From: Nitrososphaeraceae archaeon
GTDB lineage: Archaea > Thermoproteota > Nitrososphaeria > Nitrososphaerales > Nitrososphaeraceae
Length of the DNA stretch: 27,642 nt
Assembly: GCA_035640055.1 (NCBI GenBank)
Contig: DASQWW010000001.1
Span: 1 to 27,642, forward strand
Reading direction: 5' to 3'
This document shows, piece by piece, positions 9,101 through 17,906 of the stretch (positions are counted from its first letter, which is position 1; each line of letters begins with the position of its first letter). Under the pieces are notes generated by a model. The model was not told the origin of the DNA. It saw only the letters and a list, made by a program, of their open reading frames with translations, and ran no database searches. A program made the position numbers and the translations under genes.

Positions 9101-10567
9101 CTAAACGTCAGCATACATAGAAAATTCATGGGGATGTGGTCTTATTGCAATCTCATTATGTTCTTTAGCTTGATGTTCTATAATCCTGTCTATGACATCG
9201 TCACTAAAGATTGGCTTCAAGAATGTCCTGTCACTTTCTATCTCTTCATATGCTTCCCTTAAACTAGCAGGCAACTGTTTGATTCCTAATTCTCTTCTTC
9301 TCATCGAAGTCATCTTGAAAATATCTTCGTCGACAGGGTCACCAATTACCTTCTTCTTTTTAATTCCATCCAGCCCGGCGGCGACTATTGCAGAAAATGC
9401 TAGATATGGATTACATGAGGGGTCAGGAGCTCTGAACTCAATTCTCTTCATATTAGCAAATTTTTGTCCTCTATAATGAGCTGGAATTCTTATTATCGCA
9501 GACCTGTTACCTATACTCCATGCAATATACACCGGAGCCTCATAACCAGGTACAAGCCTTCTGTATGAATTTGTAGTTGGAGCAACAATAGACGCTAAGG
9601 CAGGTGCATGGTCTATGATGCCTCCACCAAAATAGCGGGCAATTTCTGACATCTCTGCATATTCATCGTTAGCATCAAAGAATAAGTTTTTTTGCTTGTT
9701 CCACAGACTAATATTAACATGCATACCGGAGCCGTTGTCAAGTGCAATTGGCTTTGGCATCATCGTAGCAATCATATTATGTTTTTTTGCAATATTCTTG
9801 ACAATGTATTTATAACTCTGTACAGCATCAGCGGTATTAACAAGAGTATCATATCGAATATCAATTTCACATTGGCCGGCCGTGGCAACCTCATGATGAT
9901 GGGCATCACAAATAATACCAAAATTATTACTTAAAACATCTACACATTCATTACGGTAATCCATCAGAGTATCGCCCGGAGCGCTTGGAAGATATCCCTC
10001 TTTTAATCTCAAGGCATATCCTACACTATCAGTAGACCAGGGCGCTTCCCTAGATGTTATCTTATAGCTCTGTCCACGATAGGGAGTCATAGTGTTTACT
10101 TCCAGTTTATCGAAAACAAAGAATTCAATTTCAGGTCCCCAATATGAAGTGTCATAGCCTTGCTCACGAATATATTTCTCTGCTTTTGCAGCTATACCCC
10201 TTGGATCACGAGGAAATGAATCTCTTTTAGAACCACCACTCAAAATATCACAAACCAGCCTTGCAGTATAATCTTTCTCAATCCAAGGAACAATTGCATA
10301 AGTGGATGGATCAGGTCTTATGATCAAATCAGACTCATGGATTTCCGTAAAACCACGAATTGAAGAACCATCAAGTTTTGGTAGACCATCCTCAAAGTCT
10401 TCCTTGCGAAACATATCAGCTGGCATTGTAGTGTGATGGAATCTTCCCATAAGTCCAGTAAACTGTAAATCAAGGAACTTGATTTTGTTATCCTTTAACC
10501 TTTCCATAACTTCATCTGTTGTAAACGTTAATGATTCAATTTTACCGTCAATTACTTTATAAGGCAA
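9101..10567 (-). CDS. glnA: Glutamine synthetase
   Basis: Motifs GSGMHVNISLW, NSYRRLVPGYEAP, RIEFRAPDPSCNPYLAFSAIVAAGLDG. The only start before the conserved N-terminus is TTG at 10567. There is an in-frame stop at 10580-10582, and the next ATG is codon 21. Confidence 0.93.
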   Translation of the reverse strand: MPYKVIDGKIESLTFTTDEVMERLKDNKIKFLDLQFTGLMGRFHHTTMPADMFRKEDFEDGLPKLDGSSIRGFTEIHESDLIIRPDPSTYAIVPWIEKDYTARLVCDILSGGSKRDSFPRDPRGIAAKAEKYIREQGYDTSYWGPEIEFFVFDKLEVNTMTPYRGQSYKITSREAPWSTDSVGYALRLKEGYLPSAPGDTLMDYRNECVDVLSNNFGIICDAHHHEVATAGQCEIDIRYDTLVNTADAVQSYKYIVKNIAKKHNMIATMMPKPIALDNGSGMHVNISLWNKQKNLFFDANDEYAEMSEIARYFGGGIIDHAPALASIVAPTTNSYRRLVPGYEAPVYIAWSIGNRSAIIRIPAHYRGQKFANMKRIEFRAPDPSCNPYLAFSAIVAAGLDGIKKKKVIGDPVDEDIFKMTSMRRRELGIKQLPASLREAYEEIESDRTFLKPIFSDDVIDRIIEHQAKEHNEIAIRPHPHEFSMYADV

Positions 10568-10664
10568 GTGGAGTACCTCTTAGGGTAGACACTAAACACC
10601 TATAATTAAGCTTACCAAGAGCTATGGAAAGAGAATAAGGAAGTAGGAGTGTGTGAAATAACAA

Positions 10665-11309
10665 ATGGTAACAGCAGTAAGAGATGAGGATGAAGAAGCA
10701 GGAGAAGCAAACAACAACAATAATAATAATGAATTACTATCGATTAAAGATATATACAATTTATTACTGAAAGAGATCCAAATTTCTACATTACAATCTA
10801 TACCCACTGATACTTATCAAAGGGTTGCCGTCATGCTTGGAAATCTAAGAGGGCAGGGATATGAAGGAGTAGAAGCTAAGATTCGAGATAACATGACAGA
10901 ACTAATATCTACATCTGCTAAGCTTCTACTTGAAACTAGGTATCAAAAGCTGATGAAGGGAAGATATAAAGGATTATCCTCATCATCCTTACCAGTGATG
11001 ATAGCAGTAGTGGATTATTCAAACCTTACAGATGAGGAAAAATATATTTTAGATGGAGAAAAAGAATCTGAGAAAAGAAAGATCTCTATATATTCTGCAA
11101 CTCTTAAAGGCAGATCAAAAGTACTAGAATCGATTTCGGCTAAACTGCGCTCTAAACAAATTATTGTCAGATTTCTTAAACCAATGGAGCAGTTCATGGG
11201 TGTAGATATGAAAAAGTATGGACCATTTCAGCAGGAAGATGTTGCAGTATTGCCAATAGAAAATGCACGTTCTTTAATAGATAACGGTGAGGCTGTAGAA
11301 GTATATTAG
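10665..11309 (+). CDS. GINS-like replication factor subunit (Gins51/Gins15-type) with an acidic, poly-Asn N-terminal extension
   Basis: Helical A-domain pattern (LLKEIQISTLQSIPTDTYQRVAVML...AKLLLETRYQKLMKG) and a C-terminal B-domain-like VRFLKPMEQFMGVDMKKYGPFQQEDVAVLPIENARSLIDNGEAVEV, as in archaeal GINS51. Recognised by eye only. Confidence 0.55.
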   Translation: MVTAVRDEDEEAGEANNNNNNNELLSIKDIYNLLLKEIQISTLQSIPTDTYQRVAVMLGNLRGQGYEGVEAKIRDNMTELISTSAKLLLETRYQKLMKGRYKGLSSSSLPVMIAVVDYSNLTDEEKYILDGEKESEKRKISIYSATLKGRSKVLESISAKLRSKQIIVRFLKPMEQFMGVDMKKYGPFQQEDVAVLPIENARSLIDNGEAVEVY

Positions 11310-11678
11310 ATGGTAAAAAAGAAAGACAAATATGGTTCATCAATGCTTGAAGAACATCAAGGTATTACTATGACCCATAACGGAATAGATATCGATCAAT
11401 TTATTCTGCTCACTATCTATCCAACTATTGTGATCTTTGCACTGGGATTCATAGCGAAGAAAATGAAAATGCGTGAATCGCCAAAGTATATCTTGCAGGC
11501 AATAACATGTATTGTATTTTCAGTAGCTTATTTTATAGTAGTACCAAATGGCGGCGCACAGGGGATTGCAATAGTATTGACTCTGTTTGGCATACTTCTC
11601 TTCTTTATGGCAAGGAAATATACAATACATCCAATAGAAGAAGAGGAGGGAGAGGAAGGTAAAACCGAGCTTCCTTGA
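11310..11678 (+). CDS. Small integral membrane protein (about 3 hydrophobic helices, acidic C-terminus)
   Basis: The ATG at 11310 abuts the TAG of the upstream CDS. Hydrophobic segments are FILLTIYPTIVIFALGFIA, ILQAITCIVFSVAYFIVV and GIAIVLTLFGILLFFMA. Confidence 0.6.
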   Translation: MVKKKDKYGSSMLEEHQGITMTHNGIDIDQFILLTIYPTIVIFALGFIAKKMKMRESPKYILQAITCIVFSVAYFIVVPNGGAQGIAIVLTLFGILLFFMARKYTIHPIEEEEGEEGKTELP

Positions 11679-11889
11679 GCTTAAGACTGCCTATATACCA
11701 ATTCTATAAATATATATTTATAGATTAGATATGTAAAGCTTCTATTAATTTAAGGCCCAACTAAAGAATTACTGCCTAAATTACACCTTCTTATTATCAT
11801 TTATTTACAATAAACATCTGAGAAGACTTATTATCATAGTGACCTTTTTAAAGTATAGATGCACGCTCGTATGCTTTAAATCTGCATAG

Positions 11890-12204
11890 ATGAGAAGGCT
11901 TATAAAAAAGGAAATTTCCTATGGTAAGGGAATGGTAAGTACAGTCTTCAGGGTACAGTCACACAAATTCAGCCAGGATAACATTCAGACAACCCTGGTA
12001 TGCTCAAAATGTGATGAAGTCTTTTCTAAGGAATTTCCTCTAGACCTTGAGGGTCAGACCATTGAATTCAAGTGTCCTGTCTGTGGAGCGCCCGGCGAAG
12101 CAGATCTTCCATACAAAAGTGCAGACGAAAGAGAGGAGTTTGAAGAAGATTTCGAGGATGTAGAGGAAGAAGAAGGTGGAGAGGAGTTTGAAGAAGAATA
12201 CTAG
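11890..12204 (+). CDS. Small zinc-ribbon protein with a strongly acidic C-terminal tail
   Basis: CSKCD..x25..CPVCG, followed by DEREEFEEDFEDVEEEEGGEEFEEEY. ATG start. Confidence 0.6.
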   Translation: MRRLIKKEISYGKGMVSTVFRVQSHKFSQDNIQTTLVCSKCDEVFSKEFPLDLEGQTIEFKCPVCGAPGEADLPYKSADEREEFEEDFEDVEEEEGGEEFEEEY

Positions 12205-13265
12205 TTGTTTAACATTCATAGATAATGATCTAATAAATATACACAATCTCCGATAGCTAATGTCTGATTTACTGATGATTCATTTGCTTGATTGGCTACT
12301 ATAATGCAACAGATTACATAATCATATATCTATCTATTTAGGAAAATATTTACGTATAATAATTTTCTAAAGGTGATATTAGTACTAAACTAATAAGCAA
12401 AATGAGGAAGTGAAATATGTCCAACGATACTCATTAGAATATTATAATGTAGGGCAGGTGGGGCGCAATCTGATAGCTTACACAATATGCAGCGGAACGT
12501 GTTAGTGGAGCACATGCAAAAAGGAGATATTCCTTTAGAGGAAGATCATGGCCTTAGGTATAAATGAAAACAAAAACTGTTTAATGTTAGTGATTTATAT
12601 TGATCTTACAAGGATTGTTTTTAATGCTCCTTATTCATGTGCCAAAAGCTTTGATAGAGGCATAAGGACCATAGTGCAAGCCATTGTCATATGAAATAAA
12701 TAGATATTCTGCTTTCCATCATATACATTAAAGGTATTATATAGTAATTTCTCATAGGATACAGCTTTCATGACTTATTATATTATTAGTCTTAAGTTGG
12801 TGTTTGTAATTTTTAAATTATTTCTCTATGAACTCAATATACTTAACAAGTATGAAAAAAGGATGATGAGAAGATAAAAATAATATAAAAAATCATTATT
12901 AGTATCTATCAATAGCTTGATATTTTAGGCTATAAAAATCAATGCCTAGATGTGCTACACTATCTAATTTCCCTATTATTATTTTACCTTAGATTGTATG
13001 TAGAGAGTAGACAGAAAGCAATAATATCAAAAGATAGGATGAAAGTTCTAAGCAATATAACGAGAAAAAGGGAACAGTCTTTGACAAATAGACATAATAA
13101 AATTAGGGTATTATAGTGTGTATATATACAATAAAAAACCTTGCATTTTAGGATGGTAAAAGGCCATAACCTATCATTCTTTGTATACCATTACATTTCT
13201 ATGATACAAGAAAAATCCGATTCAAGGCAATCCTAGCATTAATTAAATATCATGTAGGATCCACT

Positions 13266-14078
13266 TTAAGGACTCCATGTGAATAGAGATGATTGTCTAA
13301 AGAACTCATATGCATTATAGAATGTTACTTTTTCAATATCTCCAATACTAAATCCTGCCTTTCTCATTTCTCTAGCCGTAAGAGGAACACTCAGTGGATC
13401 AGATACTCCCCAATCAGCTGCACTATGTACCATTATGTGCTTCGTCCCATATTTTTTTACTATATTTATTGCTCTCCCAGGAGATAGCTTTGTTATAGGA
13501 TAAATAGAAAGGCCAGCCCATAATCCTAACTCTAACGTTTTCTCTATAGTTTCTTCAGTGTTATGATCTATTAGTATTTTGTTTCTGTTGTATTTATTGC
13601 CTTTATCATCATTCAAAATGCGCTCAATTCTTCTCATTCCTTCTGGTTTGTTGTTATGCGGCAGATGGACTACCATTAACATGTCTTTTTCTGTAGCAAT
13701 GTCCATCTGCATGATAAATACCTCTTCTTCTAAGTCAGTTATTAGATTATAGCCTATCTCTCCTACTGCCACTACCCTTTCTCTATCAAGATATTTCTTC
13801 ATGACTTCTATGGCATCTATAGCTAATGGTCTTTCTGTAGCTTCTTTTGGATTGACAGATATACAGACAAAGTGTTCTATTCCAAATTCCCTAGCCCTTT
13901 TAGTTTCAAAAGTTATCATGTGCTCCCAATAATCTACAAATGTGCCAACCGAGGTCCTTGGACTACCGAGCCAAAATGAAGGTTGAACTATTACTTCAAT
14001 GCCAGCTTTGGACATTGCCTCATAATCATCAGTGGTACGAGAATACATATGTATATGAGGATCAAATAGTCTAGTCAA
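13266..14078 (-). CDS. TatD-family metal-dependent hydrolase (amidohydrolase fold)
   Basis: N-terminal FDPHIHM (HxH metal motif) plus later His/Asp/Glu positions (GEIG, VVHLPH, HSAADWG). The start must be TTG at 14078. An in-frame TAA lies immediately upstream (14079-14081), and the first ATG would delete the HxH motif. Confidence 0.8.
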   Translation of the reverse strand: MTRLFDPHIHMYSRTTDDYEAMSKAGIEVIVQPSFWLGSPRTSVGTFVDYWEHMITFETKRAREFGIEHFVCISVNPKEATERPLAIDAIEVMKKYLDRERVVAVGEIGYNLITDLEEEVFIMQMDIATEKDMLMVVHLPHNNKPEGMRRIERILNDDKGNKYNRNKILIDHNTEETIEKTLELGLWAGLSIYPITKLSPGRAINIVKKYGTKHIMVHSAADWGVSDPLSVPLTAREMRKAGFSIGDIEKVTFYNAYEFFRQSSLFTWSP

Positions 14079-14409
14079 TTATCATATTCCTCCTTTTTTC
14101 ATTTGCCTCGCTAATTTATGATAACAATGGATGTAATAACGCTTTTTACATTTGTATAACAAACTTATAGTATAGTATCTGATTATTATTATTATTATAT
14201 TTATATCCTTTTAGGATATAATGATATGAGAAAATAGAAGATTGAAAAAGATGAATCAGTTTATTTTCAATCCAAAAAAGACAATTTAAAAAGTTCAGAA
14301 GTTCAGATAATATACAAGTCTTGCACCAAAGAAGATTTGTCTTAAATTCTTATTACTTGCTGGCTCAATATAAATTATCTTTCGATATATGTTTTTATCA
14401 ATATTTTCT

Positions 14410-14607
14410 CTACAGAATATTTAACCTTTCTGCACACTCTTTGTGATAATATTTTCTCTTCTGATGGCTTCCTTTAATGACTATGATATCTGTATTATCG
14501 ATTTTTTTTCTGCAAAAACGACAAAGGCCATTTTGTTTGACCTTGATCATGAAAAGTACGCGACTATATCCAAGCTTGCCATTATCTATAATAATATAAT
14601 TTGTCAT
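14410..14607 (-). CDS. Small basic putative zinc-binding protein (65 aa)
   Basis: ATG start. CRFC..x21..HKEC ligand pattern. Lys/Arg-rich. I recognise no family. Confidence 0.45.
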   Translation of the reverse strand: MTNYIIIDNGKLGYSRVLFMIKVKQNGLCRFCRKKIDNTDIIVIKGSHQKRKYYHKECAERLNIL

Positions 14608-14874
14608 ATTGCTAGTGGCATAGTATAGCCGACTCCTTACACACTAACAATGGAAAATAAGCCTTAATTAACCAAGTTAACTTACAAGTTATAAATAAAT
14701 AAAAAAACACACATACAATACATATTATAGATCGGTAGATTTATGCTTTTAATTACCAACAATTATAGATGATGATATGTTATCTAGTCACATCGTTAAC
14801 TGAGTGACTTATTAGACTAGTAGCATATCGTATATCATTGGATTTATATAGATATATATGTAGGTTTTATTAAC

Positions 14875-16185
14875 TTATGCTAAAGAAGAAGGGACTATTC
14901 TAAAGATTGTTCCTTGTATTGTCAGTATATACAGATAACCATCAGGTCCAACCTGTATGTCGGTAATTCCACCAAAACCTGTGCCAAAGGTTATCTTTTC
15001 AATCTCTTGCGCATTGTCTGCATCTTTATCTGCAAGTGGACCATCAAGGAGTAATCCTGTTCTCTGTTGACCTAATTTAAAATGGTAAATATTGCCAATA
15101 TTGACATCTCCTACAAATATGTCATTTTCATATTGTTTACCTAACTTATTTGAGTTGAAAAACTTTAGAGCAGTAGGAGCAACTGGTTGTGTCCATACAA
15201 ATTCAGGATCCCTATATTTTCCTTTTCCATCAAAGTTTACTAAATCGCGAGCTGGATCTGCTTTACTTTTAGTAAGGTCGTCTTTTGCTAAACCCATGAT
15301 TTTAACCCATCCGCTATTAAATCCGGGTTCAACTATATTAATCTCATCACCAAAAGCCGGGCCATTTTCAGTGTCCCACAGATTTTTAGTTATAGGATCA
15401 AAATCCATACCAAAGCCATTTCTTATACCATATGCATAGTATTTGTTTAGAGGATCAGTATTTCCTAATGGGTTAGTTTGTACAGCTACACCATCTTGTG
15501 TAACTCTAAGTATACCACCAGTCCCATCTGGCGGTGGCCCATTAGGAGTATTTTCAGCCTGTGTCCTGTGAGCTCTAACGTCACCAATAATAAGATACAC
15601 GTTTTGATCAGGACCAACTAAGACTTTACCAGCATCATGATTAGGTCCAGGTACAGCAGGCAAGTCTAAAAGCAGTTTGGGATTTACTAATTTATTATCC
15701 ACTAACTCGTATCTATATAGCCTATTGCCTAACGGATCGTGACCTGGTACACAATAACTTAGCTTAGGACAATCATCCTCACCGTCTACTTTAGCTTCAG
15801 TGTAATACAAGAATACATATGTAGGTCCATTGGTATGCTTTGCAACAGCAATTCCTAACAAACCCCTTTCATTTGCATTGGCAACGTTAACATCAAGTAA
15901 TGGTTCTGCTAACATCTTGCCATTTATAATCCGCTGTACTGTACCTATATCCTTCTCTAATACCAAAATATCATTTGGACCTAAAAAGGTCATACTTGTT
16001 GGCTTTTTAAGGCCTTTAAACACCACCTCTACCTTTAGGTTTGGATCATTAATGGTTGGTCCTGCAGAAGATGGAGCAGCTACGGCGTAGGCAGCATGAA
16101 TAGAGTATCCAATTGGTACAATAGTCGCCGTCAATACCAAAATCACAGCTGGTATTAGCTTAAAGAATTGTATTAGCAATGCCAT
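14875..16185 (-). CDS. Secreted or anchored soluble glucose/sorbosone dehydrogenase-type (PQQ-dependent GSDH family) beta-propeller, paralog 1
   Basis: N-terminal hydrophobic signal/anchor (LIPAVILVLTATIVPIGY). Family motifs GPNDILVLEK, RGLLGIAV, LGNRLYRY, NHDAGKVLVGPDQNVYLIIGD, YAYGIRNGFGMDFDP, WDTENGPAFGDEIN, PGFNSGW, DIQVGPDGYLYIL. Confidence 0.85.
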   Translation of the reverse strand: MALLIQFFKLIPAVILVLTATIVPIGYSIHAAYAVAAPSSAGPTINDPNLKVEVVFKGLKKPTSMTFLGPNDILVLEKDIGTVQRIINGKMLAEPLLDVNVANANERGLLGIAVAKHTNGPTYVFLYYTEAKVDGEDDCPKLSYCVPGHDPLGNRLYRYELVDNKLVNPKLLLDLPAVPGPNHDAGKVLVGPDQNVYLIIGDVRAHRTQAENTPNGPPPDGTGGILRVTQDGVAVQTNPLGNTDPLNKYYAYGIRNGFGMDFDPITKNLWDTENGPAFGDEINIVEPGFNSGWVKIMGLAKDDLTKSKADPARDLVNFDGKGKYRDPEFVWTQPVAPTALKFFNSNKLGKQYENDIFVGDVNIGNIYHFKLGQQRTGLLLDGPLADKDADNAQEIEKITFGTGFGGITDIQVGPDGYLYILTIQGTIFRIVPSSLA

Positions 16186-16572
16186 TTATAGAACTTAGCG
16201 AAATTAGAGACCATCTAAATATAATGCTTACTTATCATGGTTAGTTCATAACGTTATCATCTTTTTTATATCTGCCGTTTTGTCATCAAAGCGAAACTAG
16301 AAGTGATCGCATTGATTAAGATATCCTGTAATTACTAAAACATAAGAATTTTTAGTCACAAGCAGATTTATAGTTCTTTTATGAAGAGCAGATCTACATG
16401 CATATATATGAATTTGCATCAAGATCAGGTTTATCCGCCGAACTTATCCCTTTACAATCCATTTGAAATGATCCTTGTGTATTACTAAAGTTAAAAAAGG
16501 AACAACGATTAAAGGAAAATAAGAAATATATCAGCTGGTTAAGTCTCTCTCACATATTATATAGATCTTTTA

Positions 16573-16971
16573 CTAGCCCTGATTTGCACCACATTTTATA
16601 CAGAACTTGGAGTTTGATTTGAGTTTAGAACCACATTCAATACAGAATTTGGTTTCAGCTTTTAGAGTAGTATCACTACTAGTAGTAGAAGAGGAGGAGA
16701 CCATTCCACTATACATATCTGTAACTGCACCACTGGGTTTGAACGTGTCATTAATATCAGGTATCAAATCAGAATCTTTTTTGACTCCGCGATCACCCTT
16801 ATCTTCAATATAAAGCATCAGACGAGGAACATTATCCTTACCTGTAGGATCATCGACCTGTTCGCCTAACCATAGAGCAAATTTCTTCAGGGTCAACTCA
16901 GGAGTAGAAAAAGTAAGTGAATGGGTGGACATGTATTCATCAGTTGCAGCTCTACCATTGAATACTTTCAT
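16573..16971 (-). CDS. Hypothetical protein: unknown N-terminal domain, Ser/Thr-rich linker, C-terminal zinc ribbon
   Basis: C-terminal FCIECGSKLKSNSKFCIKCGANQG (CxxCG-x9-CxxCG, zinc_ribbon_2-like), preceded by SSSSTTSSDTT. The likely ATG is at 16971; the track starts one codon earlier at a TTG. Confidence 0.7.
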   Translation of the reverse strand: MKVFNGRAATDEYMSTHSLTFSTPELTLKKFALWLGEQVDDPTGKDNVPRLMLYIEDKGDRGVKKDSDLIPDINDTFKPSGAVTDMYSGMVSSSSTTSSDTTLKAETKFCIECGSKLKSNSKFCIKCGANQG

Positions 16972-17002
16972 CAATAGTGAGAATATCAGTATGTGCTTTT
17001 AA

Positions 17003-17572
17003 TTATTGCGAATTACCACATTTACTACAGAATTTTGCTTGTTTAGGAATTGGTGATCCGCATACAATGCAATTTTTAGTAGCTGTTGTAGTACTATTCT
17101 GTTTAGAACGTTTAGAAGATCTTTCCACTTCAATGTCTATTGGCTTGAATGTAGGTTCCTGTTGATATGGCTGTGAAGGTTTAGGCATAGTATATTCTCC
17201 TCCTCTTCCTGTTCCTCCTCCTGCTGCTGTACCCGCAGTTCCTCCACCACCACTGCCTATGAAGCTACCAATCCCAAAACCAGTTTGAGGGGTGGAAGAA
17301 GAAGAAGAAATTCCTCCAGTAGCATTTTTTATTGATGTGCCCTTGTCTATTGCAGATTTTATTTCTAAAATTACTCGAATAGCAAGAAAATTCAGTGCAG
17401 AAGTTGCAACCAGATAATCGCCAATATTGGCAAAGAATTCTTTTTCATTTACCTTTCCCTGCTTGTAAAGCTGGGTTGTATCAATAAATGACTCATATTG
17501 ATCCTGAGTTTCATTAACTAACTTCTTCAATTTCTCGGTCAGCGCTCCGAGGGTATCTACCCCAAAAGACAT
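17003..17572 (-). CDS. Hypothetical protein: helical N-terminal domain, Gly/Ser/Thr-rich linker, C-terminal zinc ribbon
   Basis: C-terminal CIVCGSPIPKQAKFCSKCGNSQ, preceded by GGISSSSSTPQTGFGIGSFIGSGGGGTAGTAAGGGTGRGG. ATG start. Its stop lies 31 nt upstream of the next CDS on the same strand. Confidence 0.7.
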   Translation of the reverse strand: MSFGVDTLGALTEKLKKLVNETQDQYESFIDTTQLYKQGKVNEKEFFANIGDYLVATSALNFLAIRVILEIKSAIDKGTSIKNATGGISSSSSTPQTGFGIGSFIGSGGGGTAGTAAGGGTGRGGEYTMPKPSQPYQQEPTFKPIDIEVERSSKRSKQNSTTTATKNCIVCGSPIPKQAKFCSKCGNSQ

Positions 17573-17878
17573 TTATTAAAAATTTTGGATGGTGGGCTTT
17601 ATAAAAGTTTGAACTATAACCAAGAGAAAAAGTCATAAAAAGAAGTTTCTTAATAAGCTAGGATCCTGGTATGATGCAGATTAATTGTAGGACAATGCAA
17701 AAAATTACGTTGTTTATCCCATATGTTATATGAGCTCATCTCATATTTAAAAAGGTATATAACAGGATATATATACTACGAGATTTAGTGCATCGTCTAA
17801 ATACAAGTTGAGTTATTAGTATTAATGGAAAATTTTGGATAAAGTTTATTTGCAATATGAACTGAACATTTCTAGTTA

Positions 17879-17886
17879 TTTATATT
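17879..17886 (+). promoter_or_regulatory. TATA-like box (tttatatt) for the glycosyltransferase gene
   Basis: Centred about 25 nt upstream of the ATG at 17907. This favours that ATG over the upstream TTG at 17835 used by the ORF track. Confidence 0.35.
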
Positions 17887-17906
17887 GGAACAAATTAAAG
17901 ATAAGG

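Noticed and set aside
11704-11723. Perfect 20-bp palindrome ctataaatatatatttatag
   Set aside because: It is made almost entirely of alternating A/T low-complexity sequence, where palindromes arise trivially. It may simply be TATA-like spacer DNA.
12466-12556. Possible RNase P RNA or SRP RNA in the GC-rich island (agcttac and gaggaag resemble RNase P CR-V and CR-I fragments)
   Set aside because: The two motif-like strings are in the wrong order (CR-V-like before CR-I-like). Neither matches the consensus (GAGGAAAGUCC / ACAGAA..GGCUUA), and they cannot pair as P4. The island is also far shorter than either RNA. I kept it only as a generic ncRNA candidate.
14182-14196. (ATT)5 microsatellite upstream of the TatD gene. 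A similar (ATA/AAT)5 run lies at 22045-22059 upstream of paralog 2, and an (ATT)4 run near 27-38.
   Set aside because: These are short trinucleotide runs in AT-rich intergenic DNA, with opposite orientations relative to the downstream genes and no shared flanks. They are most likely compositional.
14769-14803. C/D-box sRNA candidate (atgatga at 14769-14775, ctga at 14800-14803). Similar D'/C'-like ctga-N5-7-tgatga pairs occur near 12264-12278 and on the minus strand near 19058-19076.
   Set aside because: No complete C, D', C', D arrangement with ~12-nt guides and terminal stem could be assembled for any of them. These short motifs are frequent by chance in AT-rich sequence.
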